From Candidatus Methanosuratincola mesotaenarum (GTDB lineage Archaea > Thermoproteota > Methanomethylicia > Methanomethylicales > Methanomethylicaceae), in assembly GCA_038801705.1 (NCBI GenBank), contig JAULTC010000001.1:169916-233915 (forward strand): DNA of 64,000 nt. The letters run 5' to 3'. The stretch's first letter is position 1, and every line of letters starts with the position of its first letter. The notes beneath the pieces are model-generated. The model was given only the letters and a program-made list of their open reading frames with translations. It was not told where the DNA came from and did not search any database. Made by a program: the position numbers and the translations under genes. Positions 9,925 through 19,514 of this stretch are shown piece by piece.

Positions 9925-10431
9925 AAGCCAGAATCCTCATACCCGACAGGTCTGAAGACATCCAAGAAACTTGATTAAAGGGGCAGCAGTCCTGTTGATA
10001 ATTTGATTGATTTCCTGACCTATCGGATTCGCCTAGAGGCATTTTCGGATACACCACCAGAGTCAGACTTTTAGGATCCTATTACCAGTTAGGGGAGAAA
10101 TGACCTTCCCCCGCTTTCGCAAGTGGCATCCACTTCTTTTTCCTTCGCGTTACTCTCGCATCACCTCTGCTTGGAGGGTGTTTGGTCGCTTTCTGTATAC
10201 AGGTTCCTGCTTCAATGATTGGTCGAGTCCTCGGAATTTGGAAGTTACAGACCCCGATATCCAGCCTACCCGCCCGCTTGTGCTGTGCGGATCATCGGGT
10301 TTCCACGGGCTTATTCGAGGCAGCCTCTCCCTACCTTTCGGGATAAACTGGTGGGGGAGAAGATATGCTTTCGGCTCACCCCAGTTTTTGCAGGGGAATT
10401 CCTGCCGACAGAGTTAAGGGTTGTTTACCGG

Positions 10432-10543
10432 CAGTTGCACCTGTGTTACCATTGGATGAGGTGGTACAACCCGGCTGCGATTATCACCTGGGCATAGGGA
10501 GTGTCAGTTGCACCTGTGTTACCATTGGATGAGGTGGTACAAC
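10432..10543. repeat. two identical 39-nt direct repeats (10432-10470, 10505-10543) bracketing a 34-nt segment identical to the 3' end of the trxB-like gene
   Basis: Read directly: CAGTTGCACCTGTGTTACCATTGGATGAGGTGGTACAAC occurs twice. The intervening sequence (37 nt counting the CAG shared with the second repeat) equals 28669-28705. See the finding of the same coordinates. Confidence 0.8.
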
Positions 10544-11158
10544 GGTGACTGCAGATTGTTCTGGTTGAGTTTTTATTTTGAAGAATGCAATCGCAATCAG
10601 AAGCATAGAAATCCAGATAAGAAAGAATCCTATCAGAAGTATCGTCAGAAACGCGCCAATGAGCATTGTCAATCCTGCCGTTGAAAACAGACCCACGTTT
10701 GTTTTTGATGAAAGAGTGTTTAATGATCGTCTGACAAAGAGGCTTGCAATTATTACAGAGGCCCACAGGATCAGAATTACTGAAACTAGTCTTGCTAGAA
10801 AAGGATAGAGATCACTAATGCCTATATTTGAAGGGTCAGGCATTAATCCTGGAAGGGTTGACCAGTCGCCGTTCCAGTCCGGAAAGATCTGGTACAGGAA
10901 GTCTGTCAAGGTAGTTAAAAATGAGAGGACAATCACTGCGCCTGCAACCACTGCACCAACGATGCCTACAATCGTCCCATAAAAGAAATTGCTGAAGATC
11001 TTCCTTTCCCTGTAAATACCTGCAAAACCATAAAGGGCGACCAGAACCAGTATCAGGCCTATGAGTGCAATTATTCCCATGTATCCGAATGGCATCACTC
11101 CGATTAACATCAGTATTGTGCCTATGCCGCCTAAGGCCTTATTTGATTCTAAGGTCAT
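10484..11158 (-). CDS. polytopic membrane protein of unknown function; 3' end altered by the 39-nt duplication/insertion
   Basis: 224 aa with about six hydrophobic helices. The present stop codon lies inside the trxB-derived insert. Without the insert the ORF would end ...QVQLPVNNP. Confidence 0.55.
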   Translation of the reverse strand: MTLESNKALGGIGTILMLIGVMPFGYMGIIALIGLILVLVALYGFAGIYRERKIFSNFFYGTIVGIVGAVVAGAVIVLSFLTTLTDFLYQIFPDWNGDWSTLPGLMPDPSNIGISDLYPFLARLVSVILILWASVIIASLFVRRSLNTLSSKTNVGLFSTAGLTMLIGAFLTILLIGFFLIWISMLLIAIAFFKIKTQPEQSAVTVVPPHPMVTQVQLTLPMPR

Positions 11159-11554
11159 CGCAATATACCCAATTTTTCTTCGAGACGGCGCCTTATTTAC
11201 TCATTGGAGCCCACGGCAAGCAACGGCAATCCAAGTCAGCTACATATTGCAAAGCACAATGACCTTAGCGGATTTCAAACCGATTGCATGCAATGTCCAC
11301 TAGTTGATCTGGTAATTCAGCTCGTCCGTGGAAGGCTGTTAAAATCCATCCCCAAACCCAAACCAAGCAGTTGACCGCTTGATGTGGTGCATTTGAGGGC
11401 ATCAGATTTTGACCCCGTACGAATAATCGATGGGCTTTCTGCCACGTAGTTATAAATAACTCCACATCTTTCCAGATAGAACTGTGAATGTGCACTTCAG
11501 ATTGCATATGATGAGGTTATTAATACCAAGAAACAATTCATAGAATAAAGTGTT

Positions 11555-11881
11555 TTGGTAATGCGCAATAAAACTCCTGTCAAGTGCCCCAACTGCGGAT
11601 CGGAGATGACTGGCATTGGAAGGCAGACAATTAGGACGGGGCCGGTAAACGAGGCAATGTGGCTGCTGGTCTACCCGGACGTTGGAGTCCCGGTTGCATT
11701 CGATGCATACGTGTGTGAGTATTGCGGAAAATTCGAGCTGTTTGCGGATGAAAATGCCGTTAAGATGCTGAAGGGGGAATATGCCGGCGACGAATTGGTG
11801 AAGTGCAGTTCTTGTGGAAAGGAGTACATAAAAGAGTACTGGAGATGCCCGTACTGCGGGGCGGAAACGAAAAAAGGTTAG
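11555..11881 (+). CDS. small double zinc-ribbon protein
   Basis: 108 aa with four CxxC pairs: CPNC, CEYC, CSSC, CPYC. TATA-like TTATAAATAA lies about 100 nt upstream. Confidence 0.6.
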   Translation: MVMRNKTPVKCPNCGSEMTGIGRQTIRTGPVNEAMWLLVYPDVGVPVAFDAYVCEYCGKFELFADENAVKMLKGEYAGDELVKCSSCGKEYIKEYWRCPYCGAETKKG

Positions 11882-11936
11882 GGATCGCACTGGACTCGAC
11901 ACATCTGACCACCCTCCAATTCGGATGGAGGCAATG

Positions 11937-12006
11937 CTGACGTACTCCCACGGCTAAAGCCTGTGGGCTTGCCTTCGTTATCCACCTCATGGCCCCATTA
12001 TCGTAA
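11937..12006. repeat. 70-nt intergenic repeat element, copy 1 of 3
   Basis: CTGACGTACTCCCACGGCTAAAGCCTGTGGGCTTGCCTTCGTTATCCACCTCATGGCCCCATTATCGTAA. Two other copies at 26553-26622 and about 50760-50829 differ by no more than 2 nt. Confidence 0.85.
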
Positions 12007-12076
12007 GTAGGGAAGATATGCAACAAAAAGATGTAACATTGTTTCATAAAGCTTTACTTTAATAGCAGCCCAGTTA

Positions 12077-12715
12077 TTGCATGAGGTCACCGGTATGGGA
12101 ATTAGCATAGAGAATAAATTTTCGAGGGAGATCAGGAGCTTCTTTTCGCTTGCAGTAATCAACATCGCATTCAGCGGAATAGCGATGGCGATCGGGGTTT
12201 CCCTGGCAGTCACCAATATCCTAGCGCTCTTGGACGGGTGGTCGGTTATCAACATCGCAGCTTCAGCAGTCGGGATCGCAGCATTCGCCCTTGCGATCAG
12301 ATGGCTCATTGCAGTCGCAGAGCTCCTGAGCGGGGTTGATGATATAAAAGACGAATATTCCAAGGTGAAAGGAAACCAGAGCCCCAAAGCCCTGACGGGG
12401 CTGATAGTCAGGCTGACGGCGCACTACCGTTCAAATAGGCAACTGATATCGAGGCTCATCCTGCTCAGCAGGGCAGCAGGGGTCTGCTTCATAGCCAACG
12501 GCGCTCTCCTCCTCCTGCAGATGGCGCTCAATCTGCCTGCTGATTGGACGGGCATTTTGGCTTCCCTCGCGGCTGCGGCTGTGAACTTCGGCGTGGGGGT
12601 GGCTGGGATATCCATCCCTCACTTTTTCAAGAGGTACTCCTCGTGCTGGGAGGTAAGACTCAAAGAGATCACCCAAGCAGAAGAGGGGCTGTCCGTGATC
12701 GTGGGGAGAGAATAA
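12077..12715 (+). CDS. membrane protein of unknown function
   Basis: 212 aa with four or five hydrophobic segments. Stop overlaps the start (TAATG) of the downstream wHTH gene, suggesting co-transcription. Confidence 0.55.
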   Translation: MHEVTGMGISIENKFSREIRSFFSLAVINIAFSGIAMAIGVSLAVTNILALLDGWSVINIAASAVGIAAFALAIRWLIAVAELLSGVDDIKDEYSKVKGNQSPKALTGLIVRLTAHYRSNRQLISRLILLSRAAGVCFIANGALLLLQMALNLPADWTGILASLAAAAVNFGVGVAGISIPHFFKRYSSCWEVRLKEITQAEEGLSVIVGRE

Positions 12716-12990
12716 TGAGGGGAAGGAGGAGTCAGTACGAGATCTACTGGGAGATCCTCACCTACTGCGAGATGCCTAGACTCTTCACCTCGATAATCCA
12801 GAGGTGCGACCTCAACTCCAAGAACGGGCAGGAGCACTTGGCCTTCCTGGAGAAGAGGGGGTACATCGTCCGGGTTAGCGAGAATGGTAAGAATCTCTAT
12901 TCTACGACCGAGGCTGCCAAGGAGTTTATTGACCTCTTCATCAGGCTGTACCTGGATCTGTACGAAAACAGCCCAGAGTTCAAGATTTGA
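12715..12990 (+). CDS. small winged-helix DNA-binding protein
   Basis: 91 aa; pattern EILTYCEMP...TSIIQRCDLNSKNGQEHLAFLEKRGYIVRV is typical of archaeal wHTH regulators. Start coupled to the upstream membrane gene. Confidence 0.55.
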   Translation: MRGRRSQYEIYWEILTYCEMPRLFTSIIQRCDLNSKNGQEHLAFLEKRGYIVRVSENGKNLYSTTEAAKEFIDLFIRLYLDLYENSPEFKI

Positions 12991-13156
12991 TGATGTTTTT
13001 GAATGACCTCTATCCTTTGCCATCTGGAAATGGCTGGATTTGCAACGGATCTCTTCCGGAAGCGTTTAGGAATTCTTCAATTAAACAAATTAAAATAGTT
13101 AAATTAATCATCCATATATATTGGGTAGGAAGGTAGAATAGCTGAGGTCAAACGGC

Positions 13157-14203
13157 TTGCACGACCCGCTAGACGAGATTTGTGAAGCGCTGAGGCGTCA
13201 CCTGGAGCTTCCAGCTGGAGGAATCGTATCCGGATTCAGCCAGCCCATCGGCGAGGACTCGCTGCAGGGGCTTCACCTGTCTGGCGCGGAGGAGATACCA
13301 GTGATCTCCGCGGTCGACGGCGGATCGAACACACTCCTGAGGACTCCGACGCTGGTGGTGGTGCTGAACAGGGTCTACTACAACCAGTTCCTCGGGATGA
13401 GAAAGATGGACCACTACGAAACTGTGGAGTTCATCTCGAAGACCGAGATAATAGAGAGGGACAAGAGGAACTTCTTCAGAACCGAGGTCTTCCCGCTGGA
13501 GGGACCATGCCTCTTATCACCTATAGAGATAGACCTCAAGGACGAGACCCTGATGGTGGGGACGACCTACGGAGATATGAGCAGGGCTCTCTCGATGGCA
13601 AGAAGGTTCTGCGAGTGGAGGCTCGCGGAAAGGGCGGTGGAAGCCGGAGCGGAGTGCATCCTGATGGATGGAGCGCTCCAGACTGCCTTCAAGGACGAGC
13701 ATAAGGTCGCGAACAAGCTCTACGATAAGGCAAAGGGATCCGGATCGATCGTGGCAGGGCTTTCGAAGAGTACAACGATATATCTGGCTAACGGATTCCC
13801 GCTGGCAGGGACGGTGGACGAGATGGCCAGGAGGAAGGGGTACCCTAGGTGGATAATAAAGCTCGGGGAATCCGAGGAGTGGACCCATAGGGCGACCGTG
13901 TACTATGCGAAGCTCCATGAAATGGCCGACAGTGGGTACAGGCTTGACGTATTCGAGGGTGCAAAAGAGGAGGAGGTCGAGGGGCTGTTGAGGGGGCTGC
14001 TCGCCTGCTCGACCTATTTCGGGTATCCCGGTTATCCTTACCCGCTGATAGACGCGCATACCTATGCGAAAGTCGGACAGGCAGAAGCGGACGGGTTCAG
14101 GGCCCAGATCCTCGACAGGCTAGGCTGGGATGAATGCAGAAAGCTCGAACTGATGGAGCGGGCCCTGATGCAACACGGCGTTTTAGACTCATTGGGTGGT
14201 TGA
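13157..14203 (+). CDS. nurA: NurA 5'-3' nuclease
   Basis: SAVDGGSN and CILMDGALQ match the NurA catalytic Asp motifs. Directly upstream of herA. Confidence 0.8.
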   Translation: MHDPLDEICEALRRHLELPAGGIVSGFSQPIGEDSLQGLHLSGAEEIPVISAVDGGSNTLLRTPTLVVVLNRVYYNQFLGMRKMDHYETVEFISKTEIIERDKRNFFRTEVFPLEGPCLLSPIEIDLKDETLMVGTTYGDMSRALSMARRFCEWRLAERAVEAGAECILMDGALQTAFKDEHKVANKLYDKAKGSGSIVAGLSKSTTIYLANGFPLAGTVDEMARRKGYPRWIIKLGESEEWTHRATVYYAKLHEMADSGYRLDVFEGAKEEEVEGLLRGLLACSTYFGYPGYPYPLIDAHTYAKVGQAEADGFRAQILDRLGWDECRKLELMERALMQHGVLDSLGG

Positions 14204-14206
14204 GAT

Positions 14207-15817
14207 ATGGAAAAGGAGACGGATGTTGAAAGCCGTGAAGTGGAGTATGTTGGGCAGATCGTATCTGGGAACGACAGCGAGTTTCTGCTGAGGGAGAAGC
14301 AGGGGGCAAAGCTCGAGCTCGGCGACTTGCTGGTCGTGGACAACGAAGGTGTGAAGTACATATGTATGGTCTCCGAGCTTAGCTACGGGAGCCTTATTGC
14401 TCCGGAAAGGATCCTGACGAGCGCGGGGAGCATTCTCGAGGGGGTGAACCCTAGGCTAGAGTTCCCTGAGAAGGACCTCAGGATCTTCCGCCAGATCCAC
14501 ACCAAGCCGCTGCTAGAGGTTATCTCCGAGGGCGAGAGGATGGCAGGCAGGGCGCCGAGGAGCATCCCCGAGTTCATGTCGAAGGCCAGGGTGGCAGAAG
14601 CCTCAGACTTCAGTTTCATGGAGGAGCCGAGGACAAAGGTCTTCATCGGGGACATCAGGAGTGGGGGAAAGACGCTCCCTGTCGGGTTCAGCATGGACGG
14701 AGAGAAACTCCTCTCGCACCATGTGCTCATCTCCGCGCAGACCGGAAGGGGCAAGTCGAACTTGGTCAAGGTCCTGCTCTGGGAGGCTATGAAGCACGAA
14801 AAGTTCGGGGTACTGGTGATGGACGTCCATAACGAGTACTACGGGACTACAACCTCACCTGGACTGAAGGACCACCCCAACGCCAGAAGAGTGTTGAGGT
14901 ACTACTCGAGGAGCCCCCCACCTGGGGGGCAGCTGCTGAAGATCAACCTCAAGTCCATCGATGTGGACGACCTGAAGGGAATCGTCGAGTTCACCGAAGC
15001 ACAGGAGGGGACCCTCGAAATGCTCAGGAGGGAAAAGGGGGCGGAGTGGATCTCTGCACTGCTCGAATGGAGCGAGGATGAGAAAGGGTCTAGGAAGCCG
15101 ACGGGAACGATCCGCGTGCTGAAGCGCAAGATATGCAATATATTCAACCTGAATGAAACTCCCGCGGGTTACGTCTGCGAGGACGGGGTCTTCGACCTCG
15201 GTGGGATGGGCGAGGAGACCATCAACGACATGGCGAGGGCGCTTGAGGACGGAAAGGTCGTGCTCATCGATGGCTCCTCGATCTCTGACGACGCTGGGCT
15301 CGTGATAGCGAGCGCGGTCATCAGGAAGCTCTTCGACAGATACGAGGAGTACAAGCTCTCTGGCACCATCCACGAGAAGGCGCAGATCGGGGTCGTGCTC
15401 GAAGAAGCCCCAAGGGTCCTGGACGTCGCCCATGGAGGCAACATCTTCAGCAGGATCGCCCGCGAGGGGAGGAAGTTCAAAATAGGGCTCATTGCGATCA
15501 CCCAACTTGCATCGGTGATACCCAAGGACATCCTGGCAAACATAGGGACGAAGGTCATCATGGGGAACGAGATGGCGCAGGAGAGGAGAGTGTTGGTGGA
15601 GAACGCGGCGCAGGACCTCAGCGGCTATGACAGGATAATTGCTGGTCTTGAAGTGGGCGAGGCGATAGTCAGCTCGATATTCTCCAAGTTCCCAGTCCCG
15701 GTCAAGATTCCGAAGTTCGAGGAGATTGCCGGCAGCTCCAAAGCCCAAGGGCGAGGGCAGACCCAAAAACAAGCCGAGACACCAAACATGCCGCCTGTAA
15801 GGAAGACGTACTTCTAG
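14207..15817 (+). CDS. herA: HerA DNA helicase (FtsK/HerA ATPase)
   Basis: Walker A ISAQTGRGKSN and Walker B VVLEEAPRV; 536 aa. Between nurA and mre11. Confidence 0.85.
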   Translation: MEKETDVESREVEYVGQIVSGNDSEFLLREKQGAKLELGDLLVVDNEGVKYICMVSELSYGSLIAPERILTSAGSILEGVNPRLEFPEKDLRIFRQIHTKPLLEVISEGERMAGRAPRSIPEFMSKARVAEASDFSFMEEPRTKVFIGDIRSGGKTLPVGFSMDGEKLLSHHVLISAQTGRGKSNLVKVLLWEAMKHEKFGVLVMDVHNEYYGTTTSPGLKDHPNARRVLRYYSRSPPPGGQLLKINLKSIDVDDLKGIVEFTEAQEGTLEMLRREKGAEWISALLEWSEDEKGSRKPTGTIRVLKRKICNIFNLNETPAGYVCEDGVFDLGGMGEETINDMARALEDGKVVLIDGSSISDDAGLVIASAVIRKLFDRYEEYKLSGTIHEKAQIGVVLEEAPRVLDVAHGGNIFSRIAREGRKFKIGLIAITQLASVIPKDILANIGTKVIMGNEMAQERRVLVENAAQDLSGYDRIIAGLEVGEAIVSSIFSKFPVPVKIPKFEEIAGSSKAQGRGQTQKQAETPNMPPVRKTYF

Positions 15818-15835
15818 GCGGGTGGTGATAAGGAG

Positions 15836-17203
15836 ATGAGGTTCGCGCATATGGCTGACCTCCACCTAGGGGCAGTCTCAGACCCGAAGATGAAGGAGCT
15901 GGAGGTCGCCACTCTTGAGAGGGCATTCAAGATATGTGTCGAGAAAGAGGCAGACTTCGTGATCATCGCCGGGGACATCTTCCACACCAATGTCCCGGAC
16001 CTATCGGTAGTGAAGGCTGCCTTGGGGATCTTCAAGAAGTACGTCGATACGGGCAGGAAGATCTACGTGGTCTACGGCAGCCACGACTTCTCCCCGAACT
16101 CGACCTCGATCATCGACATCCTCGAGGCTGCAGGGATATTCGTAAGGGTCGGGAAACCTGAGGTGGTCGACGGGAAGCTAAGACCAGAGGTGGTCACGGA
16201 CTGGAGGACAGGCGCAAAGATCACGGGGATCTCCGGGAGGAGGACCTCGTTGGAGAAGGAGGCATTCGACGACCTTGACAGGGATTTCCTGAAAGGGATA
16301 GATGGTCCTAAAGTATTCGTCTTCCACACCGGGATACTGGAGATGAGGAAGGAAGGGGAAAAATTCGACGGGATCTCCCAGAGCATGCTTCCCGAGGGGT
16401 TCGACTACTACGCCGGCGGACATGTCCACAGAATCTTCGTTGATCCGAAGCAGGGCAGAGTCGTCTTCCCAGGGCCGCTATTCACCGGCTGGGGCGTAGA
16501 CCTGGAGGCTACCATTATGGGCGAGAGAAGGGGCTTCTGCATGGTCAATTGCCAGTACGGAGAGAAGCCAGAGGTGGAGTTTGTGGATCTTAAGCCCTTC
16601 AATGGAGTCCACAAGATCATCGACGCGTCCGGGATGTCTGCATCCGAGCTTAACGAGGAGCTCATGTTGTGGGCAACCGACGTCGACGTGAAGGGGAAAG
16701 TCGTGCTCCTCAAGGTCTTCGGCGAGCTCTCATCGGGGAGGACGAGCGACATCGACTTAGGTCTGGTCAGGGAGATGCTGATGGAGAGCGGTGCGATCTA
16801 CCTCCACCTGAACAGGAACGGGCTCAGGACAAGGGAGATGGCGGCAGTGACCGCCATCGGGGAGAGCGCAGATGAGATAGAGAGGAAGATCTTCAAGGAG
16901 ATGGCAGGAGCAGTGAAGGACCTTGACGGGAAGGCGATTGAGGACGAGCTCGAGGTAGCTGCGAAACTCCTGACATGCCTGAGGAGACCTAAGCTCGAGG
17001 GTGAGAGCCAGGAGGACTATTTCTCGAGGTTGGACAGCGAGACGATGGGGATTCTCGGACTGTTATCAGGAGAAGAGGAAGAGAGGGGCAGAGAGAAGGG
17101 GGAAAAAGAAAAGAGGAACGCAGAGGAGAGAGAAAAAACTGCAGTCGGGCAGCCCGCTCCTGAAGGGAATACACCAAGAAGGAAGGGGTGCACGAGACGA
17201 TAA
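15836..17203 (+). CDS. mre11: Mre11 DNA double-strand break repair nuclease
   Basis: Calcineurin-like phosphoesterase motifs: HMADLHLG, IIAGDIFH, VYGSHD, GGHVH. Overlaps the rad50 start. Confidence 0.9.
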   Translation: MRFAHMADLHLGAVSDPKMKELEVATLERAFKICVEKEADFVIIAGDIFHTNVPDLSVVKAALGIFKKYVDTGRKIYVVYGSHDFSPNSTSIIDILEAAGIFVRVGKPEVVDGKLRPEVVTDWRTGAKITGISGRRTSLEKEAFDDLDRDFLKGIDGPKVFVFHTGILEMRKEGEKFDGISQSMLPEGFDYYAGGHVHRIFVDPKQGRVVFPGPLFTGWGVDLEATIMGERRGFCMVNCQYGEKPEVEFVDLKPFNGVHKIIDASGMSASELNEELMLWATDVDVKGKVVLLKVFGELSSGRTSDIDLGLVREMLMESGAIYLHLNRNGLRTREMAAVTAIGESADEIERKIFKEMAGAVKDLDGKAIEDELEVAAKLLTCLRRPKLEGESQEDYFSRLDSETMGILGLLSGEEEERGREKGEKEKRNAEEREKTAVGQPAPEGNTPRRKGCTRR

Positions 17204-19263
17204 TCAAGTCGATCAGGCTCAAAAACATCCGGACATATGAGGAGGAGGAAGTCAAGCTGCCCGAAGGGATTATACTTTTCGAGGGTGGCATAGGCGCCGG
17301 CAAGTCGACGCTGCTCCTCGCCATGGAGTTCGCGCTCTTCGGGCTCGGGAACGAGAAGGGGACAACACTGCTGAGCCTCGGTAAGAATTCCGGAAGAGTC
17401 GACCTAACCTTTGAGGTCGGAGGTAAGGAAGTCAGGGTATCGAGGTCGCTGGAGAGGGTGAAGAAGCAGGCTGCGGACGCAATGCACCAAGGGCTTCTCT
17501 TGCCCCAAAGCGTCAGGCAGTACGATTGCTGGATAGAGTACAACGGCGCCCGGACTTCTTACTCCCCGAAGGAGATGAAGGAGCAGGTCCTTAAAATTTT
17601 GAACTACAACGAGCCGACGGACCCTAAGGCAAAGAGTGTCATATTCAGGTACGCGGTCTACACCCCGCAGGAGGAGATGAAGGAGATCCTCTCACAGCCA
17701 CCTGACCTGAGGCTCCAGACGATTAGAAAGGCACTGAGGATCGAAGATTATAAGGTAGCGATGGAGAACGCGAGGGCGATAGCTGCTGACCTGAGGAAGC
17801 AGGCGGAATACACTAGAAAGACCGTGGAGCGCCTCCCGGAGATACGCATGGAGATCAATAAGATCAAAGAGAGGCGCCCTGTTCTCGATGGCAAGTTGGA
17901 GGAGATAATCAGGGAGGCGGAGGCGGTAGATATTGAGCTTGCACGGCTGAAGGGAAGGAGGGAGGAGATCCACTCGGAGCTGCTCCGCTACGCCAAAGAC
18001 GCGAAAGATGTGGAACAGATCGAGGACGACCTTGAAAAGGCGAAGGCTGAGATCGGAAGGCTAGAGAAGGAGATTGCCCAAAACAGGAAGAGGCTGGATG
18101 GGATCCGTGCGCAGATTAAGATACTCGAGTCAGCAAAGGAACCCATGATGTCCGAGGAAGAGGTCGAGGGTTTTCTTGAGGATGCGAAGGCTAGACTTAG
18201 CGAATGCGATGGGCTACTTGGAAAACTCGAGGCTGAGCTGAGCAATATTAGGACACTTGTGATGAATGGGTACTGCCCCACATGCAACAGGCCGATAGAC
18301 GGGGCAGAGTACGAAGCTCACCTCAGGGAGGCAGAGAGGAATTACGAGGATGCAAAAGAGAGACGCGAGGATGCGAAGAAGGAGATACAGGCGCTGGAGG
18401 CGAAGAAGAGGGAGATCATCAAGTACGGAAAGATAAGGGAGCAGATGAATGGGCTCAGGGAACTTGAAACCGAGGTCGAGGACAGGATCTTCGATTGGGA
18501 GGAGAGGCTTGGGAAGGCTAGGCAGAGCGAGGCAGAGCTCTCGGAGAGGAAGGCTAAGGCCCTTGTCGCTGTGGAGAGGTACAGGGCCTTGGAGGAGGAG
18601 TATAGAAAGTGTGACGCAGAGATCAGGAAGGAGGAGAAGGAGAGGGATGGGCATCTGAAGGAGAAGGCGAGGCTAGAGAAGGAGATCGCGGTGGACGATG
18701 AGAGGCTCGGGGAGCTCGAGGGGGAGGCTGAGAGGCTCGAAGCCGAGAAGAAAAGGGGGGAGAAACTTGGCTGGTACTCTGAGTGGCTGATGAAGTACTT
18801 TGCGGTGGCGCTGGAGAGGATAGAGCTAACCGTGATGAACACGGTGAGGATGGAATTCGAGGAGGAGTTCGGCAGGTGGTTCTTGTACCTTGTAGAGGAT
18901 CCGTCGAAGGGGGTCAGGATCGACGAGGACTTTACGCCGTTGGTCACGCAGGACTCGTACGAGCAGGACTTGAACAATTTGAGCGGTGGGGAGAGGACCT
19001 CGCTAGCGCTTGCGTACAGGCTCGCGCTGAACAGAGTCGTCCAGAGAAACTCGAAGACAGGGGCGGACCTGTTGATCCTGGACGAGCCGACGGACGGGTT
19101 CAGCAAGGATCAGATAGGGAAGATGGGTGACCTGCTCAGGGAGCTCGGGCTGAGGCAGGCGGTGATCGTATCACATGAGAGGGAGCTCGAGGGTGCAGTG
19201 GACCACATATTCAGGATACAGAAGGATGGCGGGAAGTCGAAGGTGTATGCAGCATCAGGCTGA
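17188..19263 (+). CDS. rad50: Rad50 ATPase
   Basis: Walker A GGIGAGKST, long coiled coil, zinc hook CPTC, ABC signature LSGGERTSLALA, Walker B LLILDE. Confidence 0.9.
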   Translation: MHETIIKSIRLKNIRTYEEEEVKLPEGIILFEGGIGAGKSTLLLAMEFALFGLGNEKGTTLLSLGKNSGRVDLTFEVGGKEVRVSRSLERVKKQAADAMHQGLLLPQSVRQYDCWIEYNGARTSYSPKEMKEQVLKILNYNEPTDPKAKSVIFRYAVYTPQEEMKEILSQPPDLRLQTIRKALRIEDYKVAMENARAIAADLRKQAEYTRKTVERLPEIRMEINKIKERRPVLDGKLEEIIREAEAVDIELARLKGRREEIHSELLRYAKDAKDVEQIEDDLEKAKAEIGRLEKEIAQNRKRLDGIRAQIKILESAKEPMMSEEEVEGFLEDAKARLSECDGLLGKLEAELSNIRTLVMNGYCPTCNRPIDGAEYEAHLREAERNYEDAKERREDAKKEIQALEAKKREIIKYGKIREQMNGLRELETEVEDRIFDWEERLGKARQSEAELSERKAKALVAVERYRALEEEYRKCDAEIRKEEKERDGHLKEKARLEKEIAVDDERLGELEGEAERLEAEKKRGEKLGWYSEWLMKYFAVALERIELTVMNTVRMEFEEEFGRWFLYLVEDPSKGVRIDEDFTPLVTQDSYEQDLNNLSGGERTSLALAYRLALNRVVQRNSKTGADLLILDEPTDGFSKDQIGKMGDLLRELGLRQAVIVSHERELEGAVDHIFRIQKDGGKSKVYAASG
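19150..19250. repeat. 101-bp direct repeat, copy A (the 3' end of rad50); copy B at 20784-20884
   Basis: CTGAGGCAGGCGGTGATCGTATCACATGAG...AAGGTGTATGC is identical at both sites. The two copies bracket 19251-20783. Confidence 0.85.
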
Positions 19264-19514
19264 GCCAGGACATCAATGATGTTTGATGTAGTTAAATCCA
19301 AGATTAGGATGGAAGTGGGAGACAGATTTATCAAAAACCACAATATTCTTGCCGTTCAGCACCTCCTCAGGTTTCATCCACCAAGGATTTTTGTACATTG
19401 ATCAATTAATCAATCCCGCTGGAATGGGCATTTCTATTGTCTACTGGAATTTTATTGACAGCTTATTTATAAACGAACAGCCTGTCACTGCATTGACCCA
19501 GCTGTCTTGAACAA

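Noticed and set aside
9925-10431. Possible structured RNA gene (RNase P RNA, SRP RNA, tRNA) in the 500-nt ORF-less region, and likewise in 430-1280
   Set aside because: Neither strand shows the conserved cores I looked for: RNase P P4 AGGAAAGTCCGGGCTCC-type, SRP helix-8 GGAAGGGAGCA-like, or tRNA T-loop GGTTCRANTCC. An RNA gene cannot be excluded without covariance models. No tRNA or rRNA was recognised anywhere in the window.
10432-10543. Calling the 39-nt repeat pair a bona fide CRISPR array feature
   Set aside because: Only two repeats, no leader, no cas genes within 64 kb, and the structure lies inside a coding region. It is kept as a repeat feature and a finding, not as type CRISPR.
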